Below, piece after piece: positions 27,514 through 41,787 of a stretch of DNA of 64,000 bases (positions within the stretch are counted from its first letter, which is position 1; every line of letters starts with the position of its first letter). Both the position numbers and the translations under genes were made by a program. Source of the stretch: Octopus sinensis (lineage: Eukaryota); assembly GCF_006345805.1 (NCBI RefSeq), contig NC_043005.1, forward strand, positions 37,944,001 to 38,008,000, written 5' to 3'. The notes beneath the pieces were generated by a model. That model saw nothing but the letters and a program-made list of their open reading frames with translations. It did not search any database and had not been told where the DNA came from.

Positions 27514-27575
27514 CTGTACATACATATATATATACATATCTATATACACATATATATATATACATATATATATAC

Positions 27576-27606
<31 letters not shown>

Positions 27607-28186
27607 CACATACATATATATGTACATATATATATATATATATATATATACATAATATATATACATATATATATATATGTACATATATGTGTGTGTGTAT
27701 TCATATATGTATGTGTGTGTATATATATATATATGTGCTTATATATATGTGGGTATACCTATATGTATATATCTATATGAATGTATATATCCATATCTCT
27801 CAGTCTATCTACCTCCCCTTAGTGAAATTGTCCATACACACTTGGTCAGTTTCTTTACCTCACCATCCTCTCCGTGCATTCCTCGTAACACCTGCTTGTC
27901 TGTTTGAGACCTCTGAGATTTAATTAATTATCTCATGTCATACGGTATGACCTTACTATTCCTGATCCACACCACCCATTCACCCTCACCTTCCACAACT
28001 CCCAACCATCCAAGGTCCCCTTTCCGCTCCTCTTCCCAACTTAATCATCGCTGCTCGAGGGATTATGATTCCGAATAATATTAAGTAAATCAGTCATCAC
28101 TGTCTAATTGTCTTCCCTGTCAATAACTGCCACCGATGTCATTATAATTGTGATTGTCATCATCTTCATATCATCATTGTCATCAC

Positions 28187-28379
28187 CATCATTGTTGTCA
28201 TCATCATTATTATCATCTGTGTTGTCCTCTTAACATTACTTATCAATCCCATCCACCTCCGTCTCCACGCCTTGCATCTTCCTTTTACTACAAATTGATA
28301 AATTCATTTCAAAATACAGCAAAGGTTACATGTTAACTAATTAAAATACCAAAGAGCAATAGTAATTAACTTGCAGAAT
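28187..28379 (+). repeat. Copy 1 of a 193-bp near-perfect local direct duplication
   Basis: Identical to 29842-30034 except one base (aaaatAcc vs aaaatTcc). Confidence 0.92.
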
Positions 28380-28732
28380 GTCAGAAATTCTAACCTCATC
28401 CAGTTTCCATAATGTTCAAAGAATTCTTTCAAATTTTAGCTGAATAAAACTCTGTATTCAACTTGACCAATGAGCCGAGCCTGAGGATAACAACAGTCAT
28501 GAGAAAGTAGCATATGTGATTGTTTGTGTTCATGCAAGTGAATATATATATGTGCTTATATAAATGTATGTATAACTACATATGCATATATGTTCCTATC
28601 TCTCCCTCTCTCTTTCTCTCTTATTATATATGCAAAAACACACACACACACACACACAGAGAAAGACAGACAGATAGATAGATATAGATAGACAGGCAGT
28701 TAGATAAATATAAACATATATATATATATATA

Positions 28733-29141
28733 CTCTTTTACATGTTTCAGTCATTTGATTGTGGCCATGCTGGAGCACTGCCTTTTGTCGAAGAAATCAA
28801 CCCTAGGACTTATTCCTTGTAAGCCTAGTATTTATTATATCGGTCACTTTTGCTAAAATGCTAAGTTTCAGGAACATAGACACACAAACATCGGTTGTCA
28901 AGCAATGGTGAGGGGACAAACACAGACACAAAGGTACACACATAAATATATATATACATATACATACATATATATATATATACACACCTAATAGGCTTCT
29001 TTCAGTTTCCGTCTACTGAATTCACTAACAAGGCTTTGGTCAACCCAAGGCTACAGTAGAAGACACTTGCCCAAGGTGCCACGTAGTGGGACTGAACCCG
29101 AAACCATTTGGTTGGGAAGTAAACTTCTTACCACATAGCCA
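28733..29141 (-). mobile_element. SINE family A copy
   Basis: Full tail-to-head match in reverse complement. Confidence 0.88.
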
Positions 29142-29258
29142 TTATATATACCACAGCCATTATATGTATATAATCAGTTAATTGTCTTCAAATAAGAAAA
29201 AAAAGCACATTATATACATTGTCGAACAACATCATTTATATGTGTAGGTGTGTATATG

Positions 29259-29670
29259 TTAGGTTGGACAGAAAGTCTTGTCACATTTCAAAATGGGAAA
29301 GAAACAAATAAATCTGTTGTCTTTAGTGTTATATGTAATCAAGAACATAATCCCAGCTATGTAGCAAATGTTGATCCCTCAAGCATAAAATTCTTTAGAT
29401 TTCAAACCATATTTTAACTTTTTCCCCGTTAATAAACTGTTCATAATTTTGCAATTATTTCCAAAGATGTGTGTTGGATGGCACAAGGTCAACAGAGTAA
29501 GGAGATTGAAACTAAACTTCTATATTTAGTGCCATAACTTTTTCCTGAGTGACTTGGGCAATGTGTGGTTTTGCATTACCATGTTAGAGCAACTCCCCTT
29601 TATAAAGTGACTAATGGTGGTGCTTTACCAGAAAGGTTTTATGCACAGCTTCCACTTTGAAAACAAATGA
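29259..29670 (-). mobile_element. Mariner relic (3' end)
   Basis: TIR-like ttaggttggacagaaagt. Minus strand gives LL*HGNAKPHIA (cf. LHDNARPH) and QSPYSVDLVPSNTHL (cf. PYSPDLAPSDYHL). Confidence 0.75.
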
Positions 29671-29841
29671 TTTGTTTATAGTGAACAGATGTATGTGCTG
29701 TACATTAGCTCACTCTCTCCCTCAAATTGACATTGCCTGAGCATATGCATAGTCTACTACATATCAGATGTCATGTGTGTATATGTGTGTGTGTGTGCAT
29801 GTATGTGTGTGTGTGTGTGCATGTGTGCATGTGTGTATCAG

Positions 29842-30034
29842 CATCATTGTTGTCATCATCATTATTATCATCTGTGTTGTCCTCTTAACATTACTTATCA
29901 ATCCCATCCACCTCCGTCTCCACGCCTTGCATCTTCCTTTTACTACAAATTGATAAATTCATTTCAAAATACAGCAAAGGTTACATGTTAACTAATTAAA
30001 ATTCCAAAGAGCAATAGTAATTAACTTGCAGAAT
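29842..30034 (+). repeat. Copy 2 of the 193-bp local direct duplication
   Basis: See 28187-28379. Confidence 0.92.
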
Positions 30035-30036
30035 AT

Positions 30037-30734
30037 TTGTTGAGTAAGAGAGCAGTGCGTACTGGAGTACAAATACACAAAGCCATATATACCTATCATG
30101 ACTACATGACTGATAAGGATACACTAGGCACATGCATTACAATCATAAGTGCATGGCATAGTGACCTCATAACAAGATAAACAGCATGTAATCTTGCTTG
30201 ATGGGGCTCAGTTTGAATTTTCTTCACGTTGAGTAGTTCATCTCACTGAAAAAGTCCTTAAATAAGAGTTGTTCAAGGATGATGAATGAAATATTAAAAC
30301 CCAAAAGAATTCCTCTCAACACATAGCTATGATGTTCTCTTACTGTTCCTGCTCATGATCAGAGATGCACATATCGTCAGCCACCAAGGGACATACTCAA
30401 CTGGTTAATATCAAGAAACCGACATGTAAATTTGTGGTATTGAGCAGAATATTTGCTGTAATCCAACTTTTATTCCAAGCCATAACATGTACATTCCAAT
30501 CAGTTAAGATCAGAACCCATGAGAGCTCTCCTTAGTATTGCATCAGAGCAGTGAGCTGACAGAATAGTTAACATATTGGGCAAAATGCTTTGTGGCATTT
30601 TGTCCATATTTACATTCTGAGTTCAGATTCTGCCAGGGTTGACTTTACCTTTCATCCTTTTGGAGTTGATAAGTACCAGCTGAACACTGGTGTCCATGTA
30701 ATCAACTTAGACCCTCCTCCCAAAAATTTGAATC

Positions 30735-30792
<58 letters not shown>

Positions 30793-31302
30793 GAGTGAGA
30801 AGGGAGTATACCTATCATGACTACCTGTCTCATAAGGGCACACCAGGCACATGCATCACAAGTACATGTGCATGACATGGTGATCTCATATCAAGATAAA
30901 CAGTAAAATGGCCTTGTAAGTGGGGCCCAGTTAGAATTTTCTTCAGGTTGAGTTGGCCATCCTACTCAAAAGATCCCTCAATGAGGGTTGTTTAAGGATG
31001 TTGAATGAAACACCCATGCTTCTGAAGGTGAATTATCCAAACCCCAAAGAAATCCTCTCAACACATGGCTATGATGCTCCCCCACTACTTCTGCTCTTGA
31101 TCAGAGATGCACATATCATCAGACACTAAGTGACATGCTCAACTGGTTAAGGTCAAACAACTGACAAGCAGCTCTGTAGTATTAAGCAGAATATTTACTG
31201 TAGTCCATCTTTTATACCAAGACAAAATAGTGTACATGATAACACTTCCAATCAGTTAAGATCAGAAGCCATGAGAACCACTGTCTGGTACTGCATCAGA
31301 GC
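30037..31302 (-). mobile_element. Two diverged copies (30037-30549 and ~30735-31302) of a retroposon 3' end with (TAA)n tail, separated by a SINE B
   Basis: Colinear shared blocks tacctatcatgactac, gatcagagatgcacatatc, caactggttaa, ttccaatcagttaagatcagaa and tgcatcagagca; (TTA)n precedes the second copy. Confidence 0.7.
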
Positions 31303-32823
31303 ATTATTGTTGTTGTTGTTGTTATTATTATCATTATTATCATTATTATTATTATTACTATTATTATTATTATTATTATTATTGTTATTATTATTATTAT
31401 TACTTAGCTCTCTCACTACTCACCCCTCCAGCAAAATATTTCAATGTGATGCAGACTCTTCACAAGCCCAGACAACTGATGCATCAGAATTAGCAAACTT
31501 TCTTGTTTGCTTGTCTTTATGCTGCATAATGCAACTTATTTAATAAAATATTCAATTAAAATAATATCCCTTCTGCATTTAGAAATAAAATGATATGCAT
31601 TAATACTGACAAGAAATGATAATATATTTTGGTGAGCAATGCCATTGCAAAGAGACTGATTTTTAACTGGAATGTAAGAACTCCTAAAATTTATAGGCCT
31701 AAAAACGTCTTCCTGTCATTTCCCATTAAAATATCACTATTTATTTTACCATTGTTAAGTCATTTTCTTTTCGGTTTATTGTCTTTTGTTATGTTCGTTC
31801 CCAGTTCTTTTGAACTTTTCTGAAATCCTCTTATTATATAAAGCATATAACTTAATAACTGCTTGGCTAGGAATCTATCTATTCAATGTTTTGTAAAATC
31901 TGACATTATATTAATTTATGTATGAAATATTTCCATGACTAGTGAGAAAGAAATTAATAACTGCAAAAATTAAAAAGGAAATATATATATATAAGAATAA
32001 GGTTTTTTTTTTTAATTATAACATGTGCTCATTTATCAACTTATCTAGCGTGTGATAAATACCTGGATTTTCACACATATTACATATATTTATGCACATA
32101 ATTATACTCGTTTACACACACCTCTGTGTGATTGTGTGTAGTTATATAGATATGCATGGTTGTGTATGTATACACACATATATGTACATTCATGCAAACA
32201 CACACACATGTATACATGCACACATGTATACACACACATGTATACACACACACATACACACACACACACAAAGAGAGAAATACAATGACTCATATACATA
32301 CATATGTGTGTGTGTAAATATATATTTATACATGAATATATATACCATTAAAATGCATATTGTATATATGGAAACATATATCCATACAAAGATGTCTATA
32401 TATGTGCATTTATATATACATACACTCCAACACATCCCCAAATTTCATTTTAAATAATTACATTTCATATCTCAGCTTCTCCTTTATAGTAGATATATTG
32501 AAACTGTCTTTACTGATTTTTCATAACACGAATTTTAAATTTCAAATATAACTTGTCTGTTGGCAAATATTTATTAAATATATTTATATTATTATATGAA
32601 TGCATATATAAAAATGTATGCATTCAATGTTGTTGTCACCACTATTACCATCATTATTTAACATCCCCTTTTTAATGCTGGCATGGGTTAGATGGATTAT
32701 TATGAACTGATGAACTGGAGGATTGCACTGAGTTCCAATGTCTATATTGGCATAGTTTCTACAGCTGCTAACCATTTCACAGAAAGTATTGGATGCTTTT
32801 TTTCATGCACCAACACTGTTGAA

Positions 32824-34416
32824 TGGGGTGGAGTGAAAAAGGTACTTTTTACACAGATTTTGGAAATATGTTTTCAAGAATACATTTTTATTTGTAAAAT
32901 CCTTTAAAAAAATTGTCTTATAATATGAAGTTCTTAAATTTACATCTTCTGGCTCTGCAGCCCACTTGAAATTTTGAATAATGAGTGAAAAATCAATTTA
33001 TAACACGTTTGCTGTTCCTCATTTGATTTTTTTACATTCGTTGTTATAAATCAATTTTCTTTTGCGAAATCCTTTAAAAACAAGAGTGTTAAAATTTCAA
33101 GCTCTAGCATTTATACCTTCAGACTCCGCAATGCACTTAAAATTTCGAATTTATGTGAAAAGAAAAGTCTCTTTGACTTTGTTTTCTGTATCATTTTTAA
33201 TACTAGGTCACCAAATATATGTGTTACATGAGGTCTAGATTACATTACATGATTACATAAATTAAACAAATTGTCAAGATTGTTGCAGAAAAGATAATTC
33301 TTCTTTGGCAAAAGGCATCCATCCCTTGTGTTACAATTGAGTCAGTTAAACCAAAAATCTTAACTTGCCTTTGCTGACGTAGAAGGGCAACTGTGATCTG
33401 GCCGATTCTTTCTAAACAACCTCTGAACGCTCTGTTTAGATACTGCTTGATCTATTCCACCAATGATCATTTTATGATTTGTCCGTTGATCTTCTAAAAA
33501 TCTTGTTCTCTCTGTGGTACTTTTTGACTCTAGTACAACTGCAGTTTTTAAAGGAGTTTCACTTGCAACAGGAAATGTCAAATATTTTGCTGCATTGTTT
33601 TTAAACACATTACACTTGTTTGAACTAATGGCCCATTTTTTGTATTTTTCACAGATTTTAGTAAAGCTTGGTACTTTAGATAAAAGTTTAATATATTTGA
33701 TTTAACTGACTCAGTTGTAACACAAAGAATGGGTTCCTTTTGCCAAAGAAGAATTTTCCTTTTTGTTACAATCTTGAGAATTTGTGTATTTGAAGGATCT
33801 TTCTCAACTACAATCTTTTTTTCTTGTTCAAATAAAACACATTTTAGTATGTCCTTGTAAGTTGGCAAAACTCGCTCACTAAGATCACTTGGAGTACCAA
33901 ATATTGGGCATTCATTATCATGACACATTATTAGCTTATAAGTCATCACTAAATGTAAACAACACTAAATTTAACATGATCATTAATTTTAATACAATAG
34001 CATAAAGTCAAGGTACAAAGCAGAAAACTTCACACATGTATGAGGTATGTCTATACACAATGACTGTTGCAGTGACTCTGGAGAGAAGTTCACACTCCCG
34101 TTCTCTTTATGGTCAATGCAGACCCTCAAGATATTAATAAGTTTGTATTGAAACTTGGTATACAACCTCTTAAGGATACTATGTTTACCGTTTTGCATTC
34201 TGCTTTGTAGGAGTATGTATTCGTTGCAACTTATAATCTATGAAATCCAAAATTCAACAAAAAATAGAGATTTAAAAAATGTTTGATTGCCTTGAGGAGC
34301 CTGAAAAAATATTTAACCGCAAAGTTCTTTATACAGCTTTCTTTTAACCCTAATTTGCAACAAAATATCAATTCTTGGTTAACAATTTTGAAAGCTGCAT
34401 TTTTTGCTCCACCCTA
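32824..34416 (-). mobile_element. Internally deleted hAT-superfamily (hATm-like) DNA transposon
   Basis: TIRs tggggtggagtgaaaaa / tttttgctccacccta; 8-bp TSD ctgttgaa (32816-32823) / ctgttgag (34417-34424). ORF 33578..33949(-) CPIFGTPSDLSERVLPTYKDILK..LLWQK resembles a transposase N-terminus. Subterminal ~170-bp duplicated block. Confidence 0.75.
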
Positions 34417-35369
34417 CTGTTGAGGTCATTAAGTATTTGTGAAGTGAGGCCCCTCAACTGATCTGAGCATATAGTATTGAAGAATATGAAAGTACACACA
34501 TTCACACACACATATTCAATGAGAGAAAAAGTGCTAGTAAATGTGTATAATAAACACTTGATGAATACTCAGACTAGCCCAGATTCTTAAAATCCAACAT
34601 TGGTGTAGAAATAATTCATTGAACAAGACAAGTTGGCTTTAAGAAACAGATGGTTTGAATATGTAGTAAAGAGGCAAAAAGTGGAAACACACACACATAT
34701 ATATATATATGGTGTTTTGTCATTTATATCTTATATAAATGATGTTGCATAAATGTAACTAAAAATATATTTGGTGAACATGGGAATTATTGCATCAATA
34801 TGCACATCCATTTGTGTTTAATACACATTATTACAGCAACAAATCACTGAATTTTTTAAAACAGCTGTAAAGAACTTTCTAGGTTTATATTTTTTCTTCA
34901 CAAAATATCTATTTATATTTATGTTCATGTTATCTTTTTTTTATAAATTATATGTCATATTTATACATGTTTGTCCATTTTATATCTCTTAGTGTGTGTG
35001 TGTGTGTGTGTAGTTAGCATAAGCTTCAGCTGTTTCCTCTTAAAATATATCTGCTTATTGCATTATTACAATCCAATATGTCTCAGTTACTGCTATATGT
35101 TAGTTCAAATTACATATTAAAATTGAGAATTATGGAAATATGTTTTTCAGAGTTATTGTATAATGAAACAGGAAATTGGAAATTTCTTACTAGTATTTGT
35201 TCACCATTACACATGTTTCATTTGCTAATAGCTATTACAAAGTTTTACATGTTAGATAGACATGTAAAACTTTGTAATTCCTATTAGCAAATGAAGCACG
35301 TGTAATGGTGAACAAATACTACCAAGAAATTTCCAGCTTTGCTCTCTCTCTCATTCTCTCTCTCTTCTC

Positions 35370-35417
<48 letters not shown>

Positions 35418-35429
35418 ATATATATATAT

Positions 35430-35795
35430 CAGTCCCAATGTGTGGCACCTTGGGCAAGTGTCTTCTACTATAGCCTCGGGCCGACCAAAGTCTTGTGCGT
35501 GGATTTGGTAGATGGAAACTGAAAGAAGCCCATCGTATATATGTATATATATATGTATGTGTGTGTATAGGTTTGTGTGTCTGTTTGTCCCCCCAACATC
35601 ACTTGACAACCAATGCTGATGTGTTTACATCCCTGTAACTTAGTGGTTTGGCAAAAGAGACCGATAGAATAAGTACTAGGCTTACAAAGAATAAGTCCTG
35701 GGATTGATTTGTTTGATTGACTAAAGGCGGTGCTCCAGCATGGCCACAGTCAAATAATGACTGAAACAAGTAAAAGAGTAAAGAGTAAAGAGAGA
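35430..35795 (+). mobile_element. SINE family A copy, 5'-clipped
   Basis: Body and tail gactgaaacaagtaaaagagtaaagagtaaagag. Confidence 0.88.
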
Positions 35796-37348
35796 TATAT
35801 TGTATCAGCAAGTTTAAGAGTGACACTAAATTCTTCAGATAGCATAGAAGAGGACTTCTCCCCACCCCATTTTCTGTTACTAACAATTATTCAATGACCC
35901 ATTGCTATGATTCAATGCCTCTTCCCCCATACACACACACTCTTTTAATGTACTTGTATGTAATATCAGGCTGGAATAATTTAGTTTTGGTTACTAATTT
36001 GGCATGAGTGACTTTTTGATCTGATCTTTAGCAAGTATCTTCCACCAAACTCAAGTACATATTTTTGCTTCATGTTTACTCTCCATTCCCACCCCACACA
36101 GTAGCTACCAGTTGAAATATATTTTTTATATTCTGATTTAAGTTCTATTCTGTGTATGTTCATACATAATGAATTCTCTGCCCATGTGGGTATATTATAA
36201 GATTAAGAGATGACACACTGGACTTGGTGGCAGACAATGAGTTAAGAAGTACTACAGATGCACATGCACAGAAGGAAGGGAAAATTTTATTGACAGAGGA
36301 GGATTAAATGACACAGTAATTGGCTTATGTAGATTATGAAATGAACAGATGACATACTGAGCAAAAATTAACAACGTTCAAAAACGTACAGTTGCATATA
36401 TTTGTACACACTAGTAAAGATGTTATCACACACTACAGGTGTAATGACTGTTTTATTGCTTCTATAGAAATACTCACAAATTTTGACAATGTCTTTTAAA
36501 TTATAGTTCTGTTATTGCTTATAATTCGCCTGAAGAGGAAGAATATATATTTAGTGACTAATTGTGAGCCAACAGCTAGCCATTATATATTAAGAGATAT
36601 AAGATGGACAAGCATGTGTATATGGCATTATGTCATTTATAAGAAAGATAACATGAACATAAACATAGATATATTTTCTATATGTCCACACATACATAAT
36701 GAATTCTCTGCCCACGGTGGTATATTATGAGATTAACAGATGATACACTGGGCTTGGTGGCAGACACTGATGAAATACAACAGTGATCAGAATAAATAAT
36801 TAATGTTGTACAAAGCAGGTTTGAATACAATATATTATATTTATGCAAAGTCATATCTAACATGTTTGATTGTAAGCAGATGGGATAAGACCTATCACTG
36901 CAAGAATAGTCCCAGGAGAAAAACTCACATCGACTGGTGTAAATGTAATTGAAGGTATGGGTCATGACTTTAGACAGATATATTTTATTCAAAACTGCTT
37001 CATGCAACATGAATTAAATACACACACATATCATCGTCATCATCTAACAGCTGTCTTCTATGCTAGCATGAGATGGACGGCTTAACAAAAGCCATCCAGG
37101 GGTTTGAGTTAAGCTCCAGTGTCTGCTTTGGCATGGTTCCAGCCATGCTGGGTGCCTTTCCTAATGCCAACTAGTTTACAGAGAGTACTGTGTTCTTTAT
37201 GGCTCTTTCATTAGTGAGGTCAACACTAATTGATTGAGTAGGATTGCAACTAAGATTGATATGAACATGAAAAGAAAGAAGACAACGGAAGAAGGACAAG
37301 TTTTTTTAACAAATATATTAGTTTAACATTTAAATGGGAAGGAAAGTG

Positions 37349-37384
37349 GCTTAACGTTTCAGATGCTAGACCTTCATCATAAGC
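37349..37384 (-). ncRNA. Minimal type I hammerhead ribozyme relic (C3 mutated)
   Basis: Minus strand: gctt aTGATGA aggt ctagc atct GAAA cg TT aagc. Stem I is gctt/aagc and stem II is aggt/atct. The flank gggaaggaaag is homologous to the 18226 copy. Confidence 0.6.
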
Positions 37385-37966
37385 AAGTTGTAGAAAAGAA
37401 ATAAAGAATTAGATTGAATGAGAAAAAGTGGATGGAAAAAAGAAAAATTAAAACACACACACACACCACAGACTCACAGTCAAACAGTCAAATGCAGAAA
37501 TACATAACTGTGCAGATGCACATAAAGAATGTAAACACAACAGTATGTATATAAAACATCAAAATGCACAATTAGAGAATTATTAGCAACATTTGTTGTA
37601 CCTGGTTTCTCTTACTCAGAACAGTTAAATGAATTATTAAATGAATTCTTTAATAAAACTAATTTTTACGTCTTTATTTATTTATTTTTCTAAGTAATTA
37701 TTTGCACTTAGTTAATTATTTCTAACATTTTATTAAGAATTTTATGGTAGAAAAAAAAACACCAGAAAAGATAGAAGCAGCATAAAATAAAACATGAACA
37801 TAAAACAAAAAAAATATGACTTCAATCAAATAATAATTATAACAACAACAATAATAATAATAATGATAATGATAATACTAATAATAATAATAATAGTAAA
37901 TGTAAATTTTGCAGAAACAGTAGCAACAAAAAGAATTCAAACTATGAAAGTAAACAAATAAAACAG

Positions 37967-38015
<49 letters not shown>

Positions 38016-40627
38016 GTTATTTTTGTTGTTGTTGTTATATAATTATTTGTTGTAGTTGTAGTAGTAGTAGCAGCAGCAGTAGCTGCTGCTGCCGTAGCAA
38101 CTAACAAATTCAGTTGAAGCATTGGTTATAACAATAGCTTCTCAGAAACAACAGTAACATAACAGCAATGGTAACAACAATAACAGTTACAATATAACAC
38201 CAACAACACAAACAACAACAGCAACAACAACAACAACAACACCTAATAATAAATAAACATAGAAACAAACAAATAGTTGATTGAATCTTATTTAAATTTT
38301 AACAAAGACGTTAACAAGTTTAACCAATGCCATTTATGGAGTAATTGTTTATTAGTTGTAGAGAGCTGATTGAATTTCCTTACTCTAATTACATTTCTTA
38401 ACGTTGCTCGCATGTATATGCTTGTGCATGTATGTGTGTGTGGATATGGATATATGTGGTTAATGACTGACAAAGTTTTAGAATAATATATCTTTTTTTT
38501 TTTTTCAGTATAGTATTCAGTTTTCTTCTTGATCAGAAATTTGAACTGCATTTATATATGTGTGTGTGTAAGTGTGTCTGTATTTCTCAGATGCCATATT
38601 ATCAGAAATAGTAACTATCAACTAAAATATTATTGCCTTTCATTTTTTTTCTCTTACAACATTATTCGCTCTTGTTTTGAGCAGTATTTTCTCTATCTGG
38701 AGCCATATTTCTATTCACGAATATATAACAAGCTCTGCTTTCTCTCCTACTGTTTCTCTCTCTTCCACTCTCTCTGTTATTTCTCTCTCTCTCTCTCTCT
38801 CTCTGCAAAAACACATTTATTCAATATAGGGCTGAATTCTTGAACCTGTTACGTCACAACTCACTGACTTTCAAACCATTTATCACCGAGTTTTGATACC
38901 ATTACTTCAGTGTAGCCACAGTCCACTGGCTGGTACCAGTGAAACAAATGCCCCTTCTCAGTATTTGTAATGCATTGTCATGTAAGTAAATCATAAGAAG
39001 ATCAATGGATATTTAATTGACAAGTGTCTAACTTCTATTCATAAATTCTAAAAGTTATGGAATGCCTCACACCTATCATCATCTTCATCACCATCATCAT
39101 TGTCTACCACCTTCACCACCATCACCATCACTACCTTCATTATTATTTCCATCTCCTCTCTATCAATATCATCACCATCATCATTATCCTTTTCCATGCT
39201 GGCAGTAGGCCACATCCTGTTCCAAAGTCTCAGTTTTAGCTTAAATTCTAAGGTTGGATACCATTTTTTGGTCCCAGCTACTTTACAGAGTGTATTAGCC
39301 GGGTTGTTTTTTGTTTGTTTTTGTTTATTTTAATTTTTTGTGACACCAGGACTATAGAGATTGTTTTCTCTTTCATAAAATTAAAAAGTCCTCTAAAACC
39401 TGGTATTGTCTCTGCTTGGTTTGTCAACCACTTTACAGTGTGTACTGAGTGCTTTGTTCCATGCAACTAGCAAGATTGCCTTAGAAACCACAGAGTGACA
39501 AAGCTGCCATTACCAAAAGACAGAATATGAAAGAGGCTGTGATGTCTCTGGGTGAGGGATTGGGAGGAGTTACAGTATGATAGGAGAAATAAATTTTATG
39601 GGTTTGTTTTTGTGAAAAGAAGGGGATGTAGAGATTAACAAAGAGCAGGGGGGATTAGGTAGTGTTGGGGTGGCTAGGTGGCCGTGTGGGGAAGAGATCA
39701 GGGGTAAGTAATGAGGGGAGAGGGATGAATATGGAGGAGGAGGAGGTGGAGAGTGATATTTTCACAGTAACATGTCCAATAAAGTGGACAGAAGAGAGTG
39801 TGGTGACAGAGGACCTCAGGGAGAATGAATGAAGATTGTAAAAGTATAAACCTGTCCGTTAAATATTTCTCAAATTTCCTGTAGAAAGGGATCAGCCAAT
39901 CTCATGGTTCTTACAAAGGTACATATTCTAAATGTATAGATCAATCATCTCCTCCTAAACAGTATAGTTTATCTCTCAGAAACTTCATAGATAAAGAAAG
40001 GTCACAGCTGAATAAAGTATCCTCATAACTTCCTGTCTGTAATCCAAGATTTATATTATCTAAATATGATCCTATCCCCCATTACAAAATCATTGCTGCT
40101 TCTCTGTATTTATTTCACTCTATTTGTCTTACACTTAGAAATATGAGTTGCAAATCTAGACACATGCATTTCATATCTAGACAGATGTGTTACACACTTA
40201 GACATCTATAGGCACAGCTGCGAAGTAAAATGCTTGCTTCCATATCACATGGTTCTGGGTTCAGCCTGACTGTATGGCACCTTAGGCAAGTGTTTTCTAC
40301 TATAGCCCTGGGCCAACCAAAGCCCTGTGAGTAGATTTGGTAGACAGAAACTGAAAGAAGCCTGTCATATATATATATAAATTTACATCTAATATTGGAT
40401 AAAAATTTTTCAAAAAATTTCATCAAGTGGCCAGCATATTAAAATAGTTTTAAGGTGAAAATTATAAATAATTATAAGTATATATCACTAGTGATGTATA
40501 TTGTATGTGGTGATTGATGACTTAAAGTCTATTCCTCAGCATATTGGCATAGAAATTTTTCTTTTGCCCTTACTTATAATTATATATATATATATGTTGA
40601 TAAAAACGGTAAGACAACATATATATA

Positions 40628-41048
40628 TCTTATTTCTTTATTGCCCAGAAGGGGCTAAATACACAGGGGACAAACAAGGACAGACAAAGGGGTTAAGTAG
40701 ATTACACCGACCCCATTGCATAACTGGTACTTAATTTATCGACCCCGAAAGGATGAAAGACAAAGTCGGAATTTGAACTCAGAACGTAGCGGCAGACGAA
40801 ATACCGCTAAGCATTTCGCCCGGTGTTCTAACATTTCTGCTGGCTCGTGTCTCTGTGTCCGTGTTTGTCCCCCACCATCGACTGACAACAGGTGTTGGTG
40901 CATTTATGTCCCTGTAACTTTGCGATTTGGCAAAAGATACCAGTAGAATAAGTACCAGGTTAAAACTAAAATGTACTGGAGTTGATTCCTTTGATGAAGG
41001 CGGTGCTAAAGCATGGCTACAATCTAATGATTGAAGCAAAAGATAAAA
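40628..41048. mobile_element. SINE B (minus, 40628-40843) joined to the 3' half of SINE A (plus, 40846-41048)
   Basis: Both units are recognisable from other copies in the window. Confidence 0.8.
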
Positions 41049-41626
41049 GATGTGTGTAACATGTCTAGACATTTGTGTTATATGTCTACAAACATGTGTT
41101 ACATATCTTGTCATGTGTTAGATGTTTTTACCAATCTAGACATCTTGCATGCCAATATGAGAGAGTATGGTGCTTATTTTCCCTTTCATAAGTATTAATA
41201 TTCTATGTGAGATAGAAAATTATGAATAAGGAACTCTAACTGTTAGATTTGACACATCAAGGCTTTCATTCTTGTATGCAGAACTTTCCACATTCAAAGA
41301 AAATATTAACACTTTTCTGCTCTGATTATCAAGATATTGTTTTTTTAAAAATATGATATTAATAATACAATGTATTTTAAAGTACTATTAAACTGAAGGA
41401 GTTAAAACTGCAAAATAAAGCCTAGAAAATAAAACAATACAGGTATATCAGTATTACTTGTTACCATTTTTATCAGGAAAGAATTGTTTTAGCATCAAAA
41501 GATGGTAGTCATTTCTGAAGAGCATGTGGTGTTATCTAATATCTGGTTATCTAATACTCAGTGTGAAACTGATTAGTAAGATTGGCTGAAATGGATCTAT
41601 GGCATTGTATATTTTGATTCAATTAC

Positions 41627-41673
<47 letters not shown>

Positions 41674-41728
41674 GGGAGAGAGAAAGAGAGTGAGATGATA
41701 CAATTTCCTTATATATGTGACGATGTGT

Positions 41729-41787
<59 letters not shown>

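Noticed and set aside
36880-36953. Short open segment ending in a GAAG|gtatgg donor-like site
   Set aside because: No polypyrimidine acceptor and no recognisable peptide.
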